64,000 nt of DNA. Origin: an uncultured beta proteobacterium. GTDB taxonomy: Bacteria; Pseudomonadota; Gammaproteobacteria; Burkholderiales; Casimicrobiaceae. The stretch lies in contig CAVQXW010000004.1 in the NCBI GenBank assembly GCA_963718025.1, forward strand, positions 249,523 through 313,522, in the 5' to 3' direction. Positions 12,291 to 21,995 of the stretch are shown piece after piece (position 1 is the stretch's first letter; each line of letters starts with the position of its first letter). A model generated the notes under the pieces. The model was not told the DNA's origin, did no database searches, and saw only the letters and a program-made list of their open reading frames with translations. The position numbers and the translations under genes are program-made.

Positions 12291-12776
12291 GCAATGATCT
12301 TCAAACATTTGTAGCCTTCACCGCCCTCGTATGGCGGCGCGCAGCGTGACCTCGCCGTAGCCCGGCGGAGGTTTGTGCCGCCCAAAACACGCTCGTCGGA
12401 ATCTTTGCATGATCTGTCGAGCACATCTGGCCCGAGGTCGATTCCGGCAAAGGCGGCGTCCGCGGCGGTTGGGAGCGACAGGAGAAGCCGCCGGTTGCCG
12501 TAATCCTGTGGAGGGCAGATTCTTGTTCGCTACACCGATCGAAACCCGTCGAACCGTTTGGCATCTTCGCCTGCAGTTCGGAACGGCCGGTGCAATAATC
12601 GCCGCCGGCTGATCTCGTTTGATCGGGCAATTCAGCCAGAACCCGCCGGGCGTGTTCGGGAGCGCGCGCGGCCCTTCCGGAGACGGGGCAAGGGGGAACC
12701 AAGCGGTGCGACGAGAGGGCGGGAACCGTCCGCACACGCAGCACGTTCCGGCGATAGTGCGAACAAGAGCCGGGCG

Positions 12777-13475
12777 ATGCCGCTCATAGCGTTCAAGCCG
12801 ACGAAGGCTCGACTCATCATCGAGCAGAGCAAGGACAGCGTGCTGGTGATGAAAGTGGTCTCCGCCGCGGACGAGCGCCTTGTGCTCTCGACCGGGGAAT
12901 CGCTCTCCACGCTGCACGGCGTGCTGCGCATCCGCGAGTACAAGCCGCACGTCGAGCGGCTCGATCGCAAGGTGTCGGGCACGCTCGTCTTCATCCTGGA
13001 CCCGGGCCGGCCGACGGCAAGCGCCGCGGCCAAATACCAGATCAACATCGCGATGGGGTCGAAGAAGTTCGACTCCCTGCTGCAGATCGCGCTCGCCGGG
13101 CGAATGCCGACCAAGTTCTTCATCGATGCCGGCGAAGGCACCGGTCCCTTCGGAGGTCGCGGTATCACCTATGTGACGCGGCAAAGCGGCCGGGTGAAGC
13201 ACTGGAACAACCGCGCGCACCCGGTGCTGTCGATCGGCAATTTCTCGATGATCCTTCCGATCGACGTGGCGGAGCCCCCGGAGCCCGCGCTCGCGGAGTC
13301 GGATGAGCGTGCGCCGCCCGAGGCGCTTGCCACCAGCGCACAGGTCGCAGAGCTCGCCGACGAGCTGCTTGCGTTCCAAGCGGAGACGCATTACACGCTG
13401 AAGGCGATCGTCACGATCATCGGCGTCATCTTGCTGCTTGCCGTCGTTTTCAACGTTGTGCTGCTGTATCGCTGA
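12777..13475 (+). CDS. hypothetical protein with C-terminal membrane anchor
   Basis: codon usage typical of the genome; C-terminal IVTIIGVILLLAVVFNVVLLY helix. Confidence 0.7.
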   Translation: MPLIAFKPTKARLIIEQSKDSVLVMKVVSAADERLVLSTGESLSTLHGVLRIREYKPHVERLDRKVSGTLVFILDPGRPTASAAAKYQINIAMGSKKFDSLLQIALAGRMPTKFFIDAGEGTGPFGGRGITYVTRQSGRVKHWNNRAHPVLSIGNFSMILPIDVAEPPEPALAESDERAPPEALATSAQVAELADELLAFQAETHYTLKAIVTIIGVILLLAVVFNVVLLYR

Positions 13476-13647
13476 AGCCGCGCACCGTGCGTGCGCGCAC
13501 GTCGCGGGAGGCGACTTTTCCGCAGATCCGGGGCTGCCCGGTCCGCTTGCCGGTGCCGGCGCTCGGCAGTAGAGTGCAGCGATAGGCTTCCGGCCTGGCT
13601 TTCGCAGGCGAGAGCGCAGTGCCCGCGGGAAGCCGCAGGAGAGCCCG

Positions 13648-14325
13648 ATGCCCCGCACGACGCTGCATCCAGGAACGATCGACGAGCCGGTCCTCGCGGG
13701 AGCAGCGGCATGGGACGGTCTCGAGCAGGAGGCGCTGCGCGACGCGCTCGTCGAAGGTCTGGGCACCACGCATCTCGACCTTCCTCCCGTCACTGCCGAG
13801 TTCATGGAATCGCTCGGTTCGCTCGTTCGCGCCTTTGCGGCCGGGACGATGACGTTGCTGCGCGAGCGCGCCGAAACGAAAAGCACCCTGCATGGCGACA
13901 TGACGCTGATCGACGCGGGCGCGATCAACCCGCTCAAGGCCGCGTGGGACGTCGATATCGCACTCCAGCACCTGTTCGCGCCGCAGCGCAGCGACATGCA
14001 GCAGCCCGTGCCGGCGTTCACCGAGGCGTACGAGGACCTGCGGGCGCACGACCGCGACCTCTGCGCCGGAATCCATGCAGCGCTCGCCGGATTGCTCGCC
14101 CGTTTCGACCCGGCCGCGCTCGAGCAGCGGCTTGGCAGCGAAAGCATGCTGGACAGCCTCGTGCCGGGAAGTCGCAAGGCGCGAAGTTGGGATTCGTTCG
14201 TCGAGCTTTATGCGGATGTCCGCGCCGAGGCCGAGCGCGATTTCTGGGCGGTGTTCGCGCGCGAGATTGGCGGGCAGGCGCCAGCGGAAGCGAGCGCCGA
14301 CGCCGCGGCCGGCGCGCGCGACTGA
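13648..14325 (+). CDS. TagH/FHA-protein C-terminal domain protein, no FHA domain
   Basis: INPLK...DLRAHD..LCAGIHAALAGLLARFDPAALEQRL...KARSWDSFVELY, paralogous to the C-terminus of 16966-18195. Confidence 0.8.
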   Translation: MPRTTLHPGTIDEPVLAGAAAWDGLEQEALRDALVEGLGTTHLDLPPVTAEFMESLGSLVRAFAAGTMTLLRERAETKSTLHGDMTLIDAGAINPLKAAWDVDIALQHLFAPQRSDMQQPVPAFTEAYEDLRAHDRDLCAGIHAALAGLLARFDPAALEQRLGSESMLDSLVPGSRKARSWDSFVELYADVRAEAERDFWAVFAREIGGQAPAEASADAAAGARD

Positions 14326-14365
14326 ACGCGGCTGCGGCTGGCGCTCTCCTTCGCGACGTCGTCCG

Positions 14366-16666
14366 TCAATCCAGGCGATCACCCGATTCGCGCACGACGC
14401 CGACGGTCGTGCGCAGCTGCGCGGACACGTGGTGTAGCAGGTTCTGCAGCAGACGGGCGTACAGATCGAGATTCGCACGCCGGATCGCCTCGAGGCTTTT
14501 GCGGGAAAGGCTGTAGACGACCGCCTCTTCCTCGACCATTGCCGTCACCGCGCGCGGCGATCCTTCGAGTGCCGCCGATTCGCCGAAGATCACGCCCGGC
14601 GCCAGCGTGACGATGCGCCGCGTATTGGCGTGGCCCGGCGCCATCTGCTCGACGGCGATGCTGATTGCGCCGCGTGCGAGCAGATAGAGCCGGTCGCCCG
14701 CGTCGCCTTCGCGAAACAGCACCGCGCGCGCGGGGTAGTGCTGGCGATCGAGATACGGCTTGATGAAGGCAAGGTCGGCGTCCGGAAGCCCGCGCGCGAG
14801 CGCGAAATCGGACAACGGGATCTCGGCGCGCAGGTCCCGCGGCAGAAGCTCGGTCAACAGCGCTCGCTCGGCCCACTCGAGCGCGCGATCGACATCGTCG
14901 AACCAGTGCGTGTGATGGCGCTCGGTGAACAGGCCGGCGCCGGTCAGCGCTGCGCCAAGCCGGCTCGTCGCGTTGATGTGGGCAAGCAACAGACCGATGC
15001 CGCGCTCGTGCAGCCGGCGTTCGAGCCGCTCGATCGTCAGCGCACCGGACGCATCGAGCATCGTCACTCGATGGAGGTCGAGCACGAGGAAGCGCGTTCC
15101 GTCGGGCACGGCATCGGCCTCCTCGGCGAGCCGTTCCGCGGTCCCAAAGAAGATCGCGCCATCGAGCTCGAGAATCGCAGTGCGCCCGCCGTGGTTGCGC
15201 AGGAGGCGTGACTGCTCGGGCGGATAGACGCGGCGCGAGGCACGCGTTACGCCTGTCGTCGTCGACCGTACGAGGGAGCGGTTCATCACGGCAATGAAGA
15301 GCCCCATCGAGAGGACGAGGCCGACGAGCACCGCGGGCACCGGGCCGAAGATCACGGTGACGGCGGCGACGAAGGCGACCACCAGCAGATTTCGCTGCAA
15401 TTCGCGGTCGTGCAGGTGCCGCAGCGCGCGCTGCAGCATGTCGCGCACCCAGCGGTCGAAGAGCCCGATCGCGATCGTGATGTTGACGCCCGCGAAGACG
15501 GCGAGCGGTATCGTCGCCAGCAGTGGCCCGCCGTACAGCAGAAGGAGCAGCAGCACCGCGGACGTCGTGAGCGTGGTGATGGTCCTGCGTCCGCCGCGCC
15601 GGCGCGATGCCATCGCCTGCGCCGACGAGTAGGCGACGGGCACACCGCCGAACAGCGCCGAAGCGATATTGCCGAACCCCAGCGTCACGATCAGGCGGTT
15701 CGGCTGGTGACCTGCATCGAGCGGACCCTCTTCCTCGCCGACTGCGGTCAGAAGGCTGTCGAGCGCGCCTACCACGGCGAGCACGGCTGCGCTGAACGCG
15801 ACCTCGTAGCCGTGCTGCAGCAGCAATTCCAGACCACCGGCGCGAAGGAGCGGCAGCAGCGCATCGGGCCATGGCAACGTGCCGGAAAGCGGCGGCAGCG
15901 TCGGGCCCGTACGGGCATCGGGCACGAGCCCGACGATCAGCATTGCGATGGCGGTTCCGCCGACGATGCCGATGAGCCGGGACGGCGCCTTCGACCAGCG
16001 CAGCGAAACCGCGAGCACGATGACGATCGTCGCGGCGCCGACGACGAGTGGCCAACCGGGCAGGCCACTGTGGGCGCCCTGGTCCAACGCCATGTGCGGA
16101 CCGGCGACGCCTTGGTGCAGGCCCAGAAGCTCGGGCAGCTCGTAGAGCGCGAGCGACACCGCGAGCCCGGTCATGAAGCCCGCGACGACGGGGTAGGGCA
16201 CGTAGCGGACGACGCTGCCGAGCCGCAGCACGCCGAACACGATCTGCAGCACGCCGGAGAGCAGAAGGCAGGCGGCCGCCAGGAAGACGATCTCGGGTAC
16301 ACCGCGCGCGGGCAGCGATTGCAGCGAGGGATCCGCGGCGAGCCGCGTCACGAAAGACGCGAAGACCAGCACGGTCGAGGCGCGCGGCACCTCGTTCGGC
16401 ATGAGCGCGCTGCCAAGGATGGCGGCGGTGAGGTTGCCGAAGATCGCCGCGGCGAACGCCGCACGCACGCCGGAATCGACCGCCGCGTCGCCCAGAGGAC
16501 CGAATGCGATCAGGCCGAGCGTCAACATGTACGCGAGCATCCAGATCGCGTTCATCGTTCCGGCCACGATTTCGCGAGCGGCACGCCGGACGCGCTCGAG
16601 CGGCGATACCGTCTCGCTGGCCGCAGTGTCCGGCGGGTGGTGGCTCTCGGGGGCCTGCGAGCTCAT
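14366..16666 (-). CDS. SulP family anion transporter with STAS and cNMP-binding domains
   Basis: VPYPVVAGFMTG, GNIASALFGGVP, ELDGAIFFGTA (STAS), LFREGDAGDRLYLL...GVIFGE (cNMP). Confidence 0.9.
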   Translation of the reverse strand: MSSQAPESHHPPDTAASETVSPLERVRRAAREIVAGTMNAIWMLAYMLTLGLIAFGPLGDAAVDSGVRAAFAAAIFGNLTAAILGSALMPNEVPRASTVLVFASFVTRLAADPSLQSLPARGVPEIVFLAAACLLLSGVLQIVFGVLRLGSVVRYVPYPVVAGFMTGLAVSLALYELPELLGLHQGVAGPHMALDQGAHSGLPGWPLVVGAATIVIVLAVSLRWSKAPSRLIGIVGGTAIAMLIVGLVPDARTGPTLPPLSGTLPWPDALLPLLRAGGLELLLQHGYEVAFSAAVLAVVGALDSLLTAVGEEEGPLDAGHQPNRLIVTLGFGNIASALFGGVPVAYSSAQAMASRRRGGRRTITTLTTSAVLLLLLLYGGPLLATIPLAVFAGVNITIAIGLFDRWVRDMLQRALRHLHDRELQRNLLVVAFVAAVTVIFGPVPAVLVGLVLSMGLFIAVMNRSLVRSTTTGVTRASRRVYPPEQSRLLRNHGGRTAILELDGAIFFGTAERLAEEADAVPDGTRFLVLDLHRVTMLDASGALTIERLERRLHERGIGLLLAHINATSRLGAALTGAGLFTERHHTHWFDDVDRALEWAERALLTELLPRDLRAEIPLSDFALARGLPDADLAFIKPYLDRQHYPARAVLFREGDAGDRLYLLARGAISIAVEQMAPGHANTRRIVTLAPGVIFGESAALEGSPRAVTAMVEEEAVVYSLSRKSLEAIRRANLDLYARLLQNLLHHVSAQLRTTVGVVRESGDRLD

Positions 16667-16965
16667 AGCGGGCGCGAACGTCCGAATCGTGTGCGATGCG
16701 GCGAGTCTCCGTGCCGCGGCCGCTGCGGCGCCGTGGAGTCTACTCCAGCGCTGCGCCGATAATGGCGGCGGCCGTCCGGGGCGTACGTCTGTGCTCCAAT
16801 CCTCGTTCCGTGTGGCGCGGGCGGCCAACGGAAAAGTCGGCTTGACGGAGCTCGGGCGACGCTCCATGCTTCCCTGCAGGCAGCGACCGCCCTTTGCCGC
16901 GGCGCGGCGTCCGGATCCTTCGCGCGCCGGCGTCGATGCGCCCTTCCTGACCAGCCCTTTCGCTC

Positions 16966-18195
16966 ATGTCCTCGCGCAAGATCACGCTGCGGGTCGTTTC
17001 GTGTGCCGGCCAGCCGCTCGAACCGCCGATGACGATCGACGTCGGCGAGGAGGGCGCGACGATCGGTCGGGCGCCCGGGAATGCGCTCGTGCTGCCCGAT
17101 CCCGATCGCGTGATCTCCCGACAGCATGCGGTGATCGGTTTTCGCGACGGCATGTTCGTGTTGTGCGACCACGGAAGTGTGGTGGCCGTACAGCACAACG
17201 GACGGATCGTCGGCAACGGTCGCGAGTCGCCGCTCGCCGATGGCGACGAGATGCGGATCGGTCCGTACGTTGTTAAGGTCGAGGCGGAGAACGACGACGA
17301 AACGCTGCCGCTGCACGGCCTCGTTGCAGGCATGCCGGAAGCGCCACCCGTAGCCGACACACTGCTTTCGTGGCAGACGCCGGGCGCGGAGCGGCGACCT
17401 GACGGTATCACCACGGTGATCGTTCCGCAGACAGCAGAAGCTCTCGCTGCCCGTGAAGCTGCCGAGGTCATCGTGCCGCCGCTTGCGGCAGCTACGCCGG
17501 CGGCGCCCGGGGCCCCTTCCCTCGAAGCCGGCGTCACGCTTCCGCTTCGCACCGGCAGTCTCCCGCCGGCGCCGCTCGCCTCGCGGCAAGAGCTGCTGCG
17601 AGCGTTCCTTGGGGGCGCCGGCATGCCGCAGCTGGACATCGCAGGCGGACTCACGCCCGAGTTCATGCGCGATGTTGGGCAGATCCTGAGCGAGGCGGTG
17701 CGCGGCATCCTGGACCTGCTGCACGCGCGCGCCGTGACCAAGCGCGAGGTGCGTGCCGAGGGCACGATCATCGTCGCGGCCGACAACAATCCGCTCAAGT
17801 TCTCGCCCGACGTCGATGCCGCGCTCGTCGCGTTGCTCGCACCGCGCGGCCGCGGCTTCATGGCGCCACGCAACGCGGTCGAAGATGCATTCGCGGGCTT
17901 GTCCTCGCACCAGCAGGGCTTCGTCGCCGGCATGCGTGCGGTGCTTGCCGTCGTGCTGGCGCGGTTCGATCCCGCGACGTTGGAGCAGCGTCTCGCGCAG
18001 CCGAGCGTGGCCGATTCGCTCGTCCCGCTGCATCGCAAGGCTCGTCTGTGGGACCTGTTTGCCGAACTCTATGTCGAACTGTCCCGGGAATCGGCGGCCG
18101 ACTTCCAGGCGCTGTTCGGCCACGAGTTCCTGCGCGCATACCAGGCGCAGGTTGCGCTTGCGCGCACGCGCGACAACGCGGATGGCGCAGGTTAG
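16966..18195 (+). CDS. tagH: FHA-domain protein, T6SS-associated TagH/Fha family
   Basis: IGRAPGN..LPDPDRVISRQHA (FHA) and NNPLKFS...HQQGFVAGMRA C-terminal domain. Confidence 0.88.
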   Translation: MSSRKITLRVVSCAGQPLEPPMTIDVGEEGATIGRAPGNALVLPDPDRVISRQHAVIGFRDGMFVLCDHGSVVAVQHNGRIVGNGRESPLADGDEMRIGPYVVKVEAENDDETLPLHGLVAGMPEAPPVADTLLSWQTPGAERRPDGITTVIVPQTAEALAAREAAEVIVPPLAAATPAAPGAPSLEAGVTLPLRTGSLPPAPLASRQELLRAFLGGAGMPQLDIAGGLTPEFMRDVGQILSEAVRGILDLLHARAVTKREVRAEGTIIVAADNNPLKFSPDVDAALVALLAPRGRGFMAPRNAVEDAFAGLSSHQQGFVAGMRAVLAVVLARFDPATLEQRLAQPSVADSLVPLHRKARLWDLFAELYVELSRESAADFQALFGHEFLRAYQAQVALARTRDNADGAG

Positions 18196-18208
18196 CGCGG
18201 CCGGCACG

Positions 18209-18997
18209 ATGCTGATCGAAGTCGCGACGCTATCGAACATCGGAGGCCGCGAGACCAACGAGGACGCATCGGGCGTATGGTCGCCTCCCAATGCGCTCTT
18301 CTGCGTGGTCTCCGACGGCGCGGGCGGGCAAGGCGGGGGGGACGTCGCCTCGAAGCTCGCCGTCACCGCGGCGCTGGCCGCGCTGCAGCGATCCCCGCAG
18401 TGCACGCGCGACACCGTGCACGGCGCGTTGGCCGCGGCCAACCAGGCGGTGACGGCAGGACAGCAGGGGGAGCTTCGATTGCGCAACATGCGGGCAACAG
18501 CCGTCGTCTTCTGCTGCGACGCGTTGCACCGCCGTGCCGCGTGGGGGCACATCGGCGATTCGCGGCTATACTATTTTGCCGGTCGCCGGATCGCCCGGCA
18601 GACGCGCGACCACAGCGTTGTCCAAAACATGGTGGACGCAGGCTATATCGCGGCGGACCAGCTGCGGGCAGCGCCGCAGAGGAGCCGCCTGTTCGCGGCG
18701 CTTGGGGAACCTGCCAATTTCGCGCCGGTTGCCGAGGAGATCGCGATCGAGGGCGGCGACGTGTTCCTGCTCTGTACCGATGGTGTCTGGGAGCAGGTGA
18801 CGGAGCAGGACATGGAGCAGGCGCTCGCGCACGCGTCGTCGGCCGCGGACTGGCTTGCGCGCATCGAGGCGCGCGTGCTGGAGGTACAGCGGGAGCGGCA
18901 GGACAATTTCTCGGCGGTGGCGATCTGGTGCAGCGAGCGGTCGGCCGGTCCGGCCGGTGCAACGGGATCGCAGATGATGGGAACGCAATGGACGTGA
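18209..18997 (+). CDS. PP2C-family Ser/Thr phosphatase (PppA/Stp1-like)
   Basis: RETNED, VSDGAGG, HIGDSRLY, LCTDGVW, DNFS motifs. Confidence 0.92.
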   Translation: MLIEVATLSNIGGRETNEDASGVWSPPNALFCVVSDGAGGQGGGDVASKLAVTAALAALQRSPQCTRDTVHGALAAANQAVTAGQQGELRLRNMRATAVVFCCDALHRRAAWGHIGDSRLYYFAGRRIARQTRDHSVVQNMVDAGYIAADQLRAAPQRSRLFAALGEPANFAPVAEEIAIEGGDVFLLCTDGVWEQVTEQDMEQALAHASSAADWLARIEARVLEVQRERQDNFSAVAIWCSERSAGPAGATGSQMMGTQWT

Positions 18998-19929
18998 TGG
19001 GAACGATGGCAAGGACCGCAGCGCTGCTCGCCTTGGCGGGTGCATTGGGCGCGGGTTGCGCATCGTCTCCGCCAGCGGCCAGCGGACAGGCCGGCGGCAC
19101 CGCCACTTCGCAGGCACCGCCACCAACGCCGGCACCGGCGCCGGTTGCGGCACCGCCCGCGCCTCCCACCGAGGCGCAGATCCGCGAGGACAGGGCGCAG
19201 GCGCAGAAACTTGCGCTCGAGGCCGTCGACCAGCTGCAAAACGGCGACGAGCCCGCCGCCCGCGCCACGCTCGACCGGGTACAGGCACTGGATCCCAACA
19301 ACGAGCTGGCGCGCAAGCTTGCCGAGCAGATCCGTGCCGACCCGGTGAAAGAGCTCGGCGCGGCCAACTTCCGCTACACGGTGCAGCCCGACGACACGCT
19401 GTCGAAGCTCGCGCAGCGGTTCCTCGGCGACCGGCTGCGCTTCTATATCCTCGCGCGCTACAACGACATCGCCAATCCCAGCCGGCTCCAGGCCGGCCAG
19501 TTGATCAAGATTCCGGGCAAGGAGCCGCCGCCCGCGCCTGCCGGCACGGCCCGTGCCGGTCAGCGCCCCATCGAGCCGGTCGAGACGCTGACGAGGCCCC
19601 CGACCGAAGCGGAGCGCCTCTACCGGCAAGGTGTTGCGCAGAAGAATGCGGGCAATCTGGACGCGGCCCTTGCGGCATTCAGCGACGCCGCGCGGCGCGA
19701 GCCCGGCAACTCCGAGTACGCGAAACAGGCCGAGGCAGCGCGCAACGAGCTCGTGCGCCGCTACGACCGTGACGCGACGCAGGCGTTCCAGCGGCAGAAC
19801 CTGGACCTTGCGATCAAGAGCTGGGATCGCGTGCTCGCGCTCGATCCCGAGAACCAGAAGGCAAAGCTCGAGCGCGCCCGCGCCGAGGACTTGAAGAAGC
19901 GCCTGCAGGACAAGTTCGGCACCAAGTAG
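18997..19929 (+). CDS. lipoprotein with LysM domain and TPR-like helices
   Basis: LGAGC lipobox; YTVQPDDTLSKLAQRF...LQAGQLIKIP LysM; TGATG coupling to the PP2C gene. Confidence 0.85.
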   Translation: MGTMARTAALLALAGALGAGCASSPPAASGQAGGTATSQAPPPTPAPAPVAAPPAPPTEAQIREDRAQAQKLALEAVDQLQNGDEPAARATLDRVQALDPNNELARKLAEQIRADPVKELGAANFRYTVQPDDTLSKLAQRFLGDRLRFYILARYNDIANPSRLQAGQLIKIPGKEPPPAPAGTARAGQRPIEPVETLTRPPTEAERLYRQGVAQKNAGNLDAALAAFSDAARREPGNSEYAKQAEAARNELVRRYDRDATQAFQRQNLDLAIKSWDRVLALDPENQKAKLERARAEDLKKRLQDKFGTK

Positions 19930-19965
19930 CGCGATCCGGCGCTCCTCGTTGCGTCGGCGGATCCG

Positions 19966-20946
19966 TCAGGGGCGTTGCATTGCGCCGCCGGCGCCCCGCG
20001 CGTCTTTGCCGGCCGGCGTGCCACGCACCGCCGCCAGGCGGCTTGCCGCACGGGTGTTCTTCGGATCGATGCGCAGGCTCGTTTCCCAATAGCCGATTGC
20101 AAGCACCATGTCCGTGTCGGCCACCCGCACACCCTTCTCGTAATACTCGTTGCCGAGCGCGCGGCGCAGTGTTTCCGCCCGGGCGCTCCATTCCGGCATC
20201 TTCTCGCCGCGCAGCGACAACGCCTGGTCGTAGAGGCTCAACGCGTCCTCGCGCGCGCCCTGTGCTTCGGCCTCGCGCGCGCGCTCGTAGACCACGGCGC
20301 CGATCTGCGCACGCGCCGCACGGTCGTTGGGGTGCGCTTCCACGTAGCGACGCAGTTCGCGCAGGCCGCCGCTTCGATCCCCGGCGCGGAACATCTCGAT
20401 GCGCTGCTCGAGATCGTAGCCGTCGGACGGTTCCGCAGGGCGGACCGAGGCCGACGTCGCGGAATCCATTCCATTGTCGGTGCGTGCACGCGCGGAGCGA
20501 TCGGCCTGCGTACGGCTCACTCGCTGCCGCTCGATCTCGCGCAGCACCTTTGCCGCCTCCGCGTTGCCGGGATCGGCGGCGAGGACGCGCAGCATCGCCG
20601 CGGTCGCGCGCTCCATGTCGCCGGTACGAAGCGCCGCGTTGCCGGCCGCAAGCTGCTCGGCGGTGACGCGGCCGATTTCCGCCCGGGTCGCGGCGAGCGC
20701 GTCCCGAAACGACCGCTCCTCGGGGTCGAGCAGCGTCAGCGCTTGCCATTGGCTCGCGGCGCGCGAAAGGTCGCCGCTCTTGGCGTACTGCTCGGCCAGT
20801 CCGCGATGCCGCGCGATGCTGCGAGCGAGCGCCGGATCGACGGGGGCGGACGACGCAGCGACAGGCGCGCCGGAACGCGTCGGCGCCTCGGCACACGCGG
20901 CGACCAGCGCCGCAAGAAGCAGCGAAAGCACATGATGGCGACTCAT
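19966..20946 (-). CDS. TPR-like lipoprotein
   Basis: LVAAC lipobox; repeated helices ending in LDP/ADP/IDP turns; ATGA overlap with the deacetylase gene. Confidence 0.75.
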   Translation of the reverse strand: MSRHHVLSLLLAALVAACAEAPTRSGAPVAASSAPVDPALARSIARHRGLAEQYAKSGDLSRAASQWQALTLLDPEERSFRDALAATRAEIGRVTAEQLAAGNAALRTGDMERATAAMLRVLAADPGNAEAAKVLREIERQRVSRTQADRSARARTDNGMDSATSASVRPAEPSDGYDLEQRIEMFRAGDRSGGLRELRRYVEAHPNDRAARAQIGAVVYERAREAEAQGAREDALSLYDQALSLRGEKMPEWSARAETLRRALGNEYYEKGVRVADTDMVLAIGYWETSLRIDPKNTRAASRLAAVRGTPAGKDARGAGGAMQRP

Positions 20947-21995
20947 CGCGATGCGGCGCGCGACGTGCGGGGCGTGAACACCTGGAGCCGCGACTTGAAC
21001 GTTTCCATGTCGTCGGTGCCGAACACCATCGAGCGGCGCAGCATGTACGGATAGGCGAAGAAGCCGTTGCCTCCCGGCGTCACCGTGGCGCCGATCTGCA
21101 GGCCGAGCCTCTGCAGTTCCGCCACGACGGCGTCGTTCACGTCGCCGTACGGAAACGCGTAGCTGACGGGTTTGACGCCGAGGCGTTCGGCGATCAGCGC
21201 GGTGGGACGCTCGATCTCGAGACGCATGCGGTCGCGATACTGCGCGGGTGTCTCGTTCGCCATGCGCAGCGCCAGGTTGCCGTGCGTCTTCGAGTGTGGC
21301 TGGATCTCGATCAGCCCCGAGCGCATCATCTCCTGCATCTGCGTCCATGTCATCGCATCGCTCGCGCCGACGAAATCGCTGTAGAGGAACACCGTGGCCG
21401 GGAAGCCGTACTTGCGCAGCACGGGGTAGGCGATCTCGTAGGTCGACTTGTAGCCGTCGTCGATCGTGAGCACGACGGATTTGGGCGGCAGCGCCTCCCG
21501 GCCCTCGAGAAAGCCGACGAGGCGCGACAGCGCTATCACGTGGTAGCCGTTACGCGCCAGGTACTCCATCTGCGCCTCGAAATCGGCGCGGGTGACCACC
21601 AGCCTGCGTTTGGGTGAACCGAAGCGGTGATAGCAGAGGATCGGAATCGTCTGGAACCCCTGTGCGGTGACGCCGAGCGGGCTCGGGCCCCTGAGCGGGA
21701 TCGCGATCAACTCGCCGGCCGCGATCTTCTCCGTGCCATTGAACTCGGTGATCCACCAGCCCTTGCCGGCATCGCCCAGATGGCGCGCAGCGAGCGCGGC
21801 GGCGTCGTCGCCGGGTTGCGCCGCGACGATCGCGAATTCGTTGTCGCGGGCGACGACCGGCCCCCGCGGTGCCGTCGAGACGACGGGTGCGGACACATCC
21901 GCCTGCCGCGGCGGAGGCGCGCTTGCGCACGCGGCAAGCAGCAGAGCCAGCGCGCACGCGGCGGCGGCGGACCGGGGATCAGCGGGCTTTCGCAT
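20943..21995 (-). CDS. lipoprotein polysaccharide deacetylase (CE4/NodB) with LysM-like N-terminus
   Basis: LLAAC lipobox; ILCYH, LTIDDG, HSKTH, FAYPYG motifs. Confidence 0.9.
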   Translation of the reverse strand: MRKPADPRSAAAACALALLLAACASAPPPRQADVSAPVVSTAPRGPVVARDNEFAIVAAQPGDDAAALAARHLGDAGKGWWITEFNGTEKIAAGELIAIPLRGPSPLGVTAQGFQTIPILCYHRFGSPKRRLVVTRADFEAQMEYLARNGYHVIALSRLVGFLEGREALPPKSVVLTIDDGYKSTYEIAYPVLRKYGFPATVFLYSDFVGASDAMTWTQMQEMMRSGLIEIQPHSKTHGNLALRMANETPAQYRDRMRLEIERPTALIAERLGVKPVSYAFPYGDVNDAVVAELQRLGLQIGATVTPGGNGFFAYPYMLRRSMVFGTDDMETFKSRLQVFTPRTSRAASR

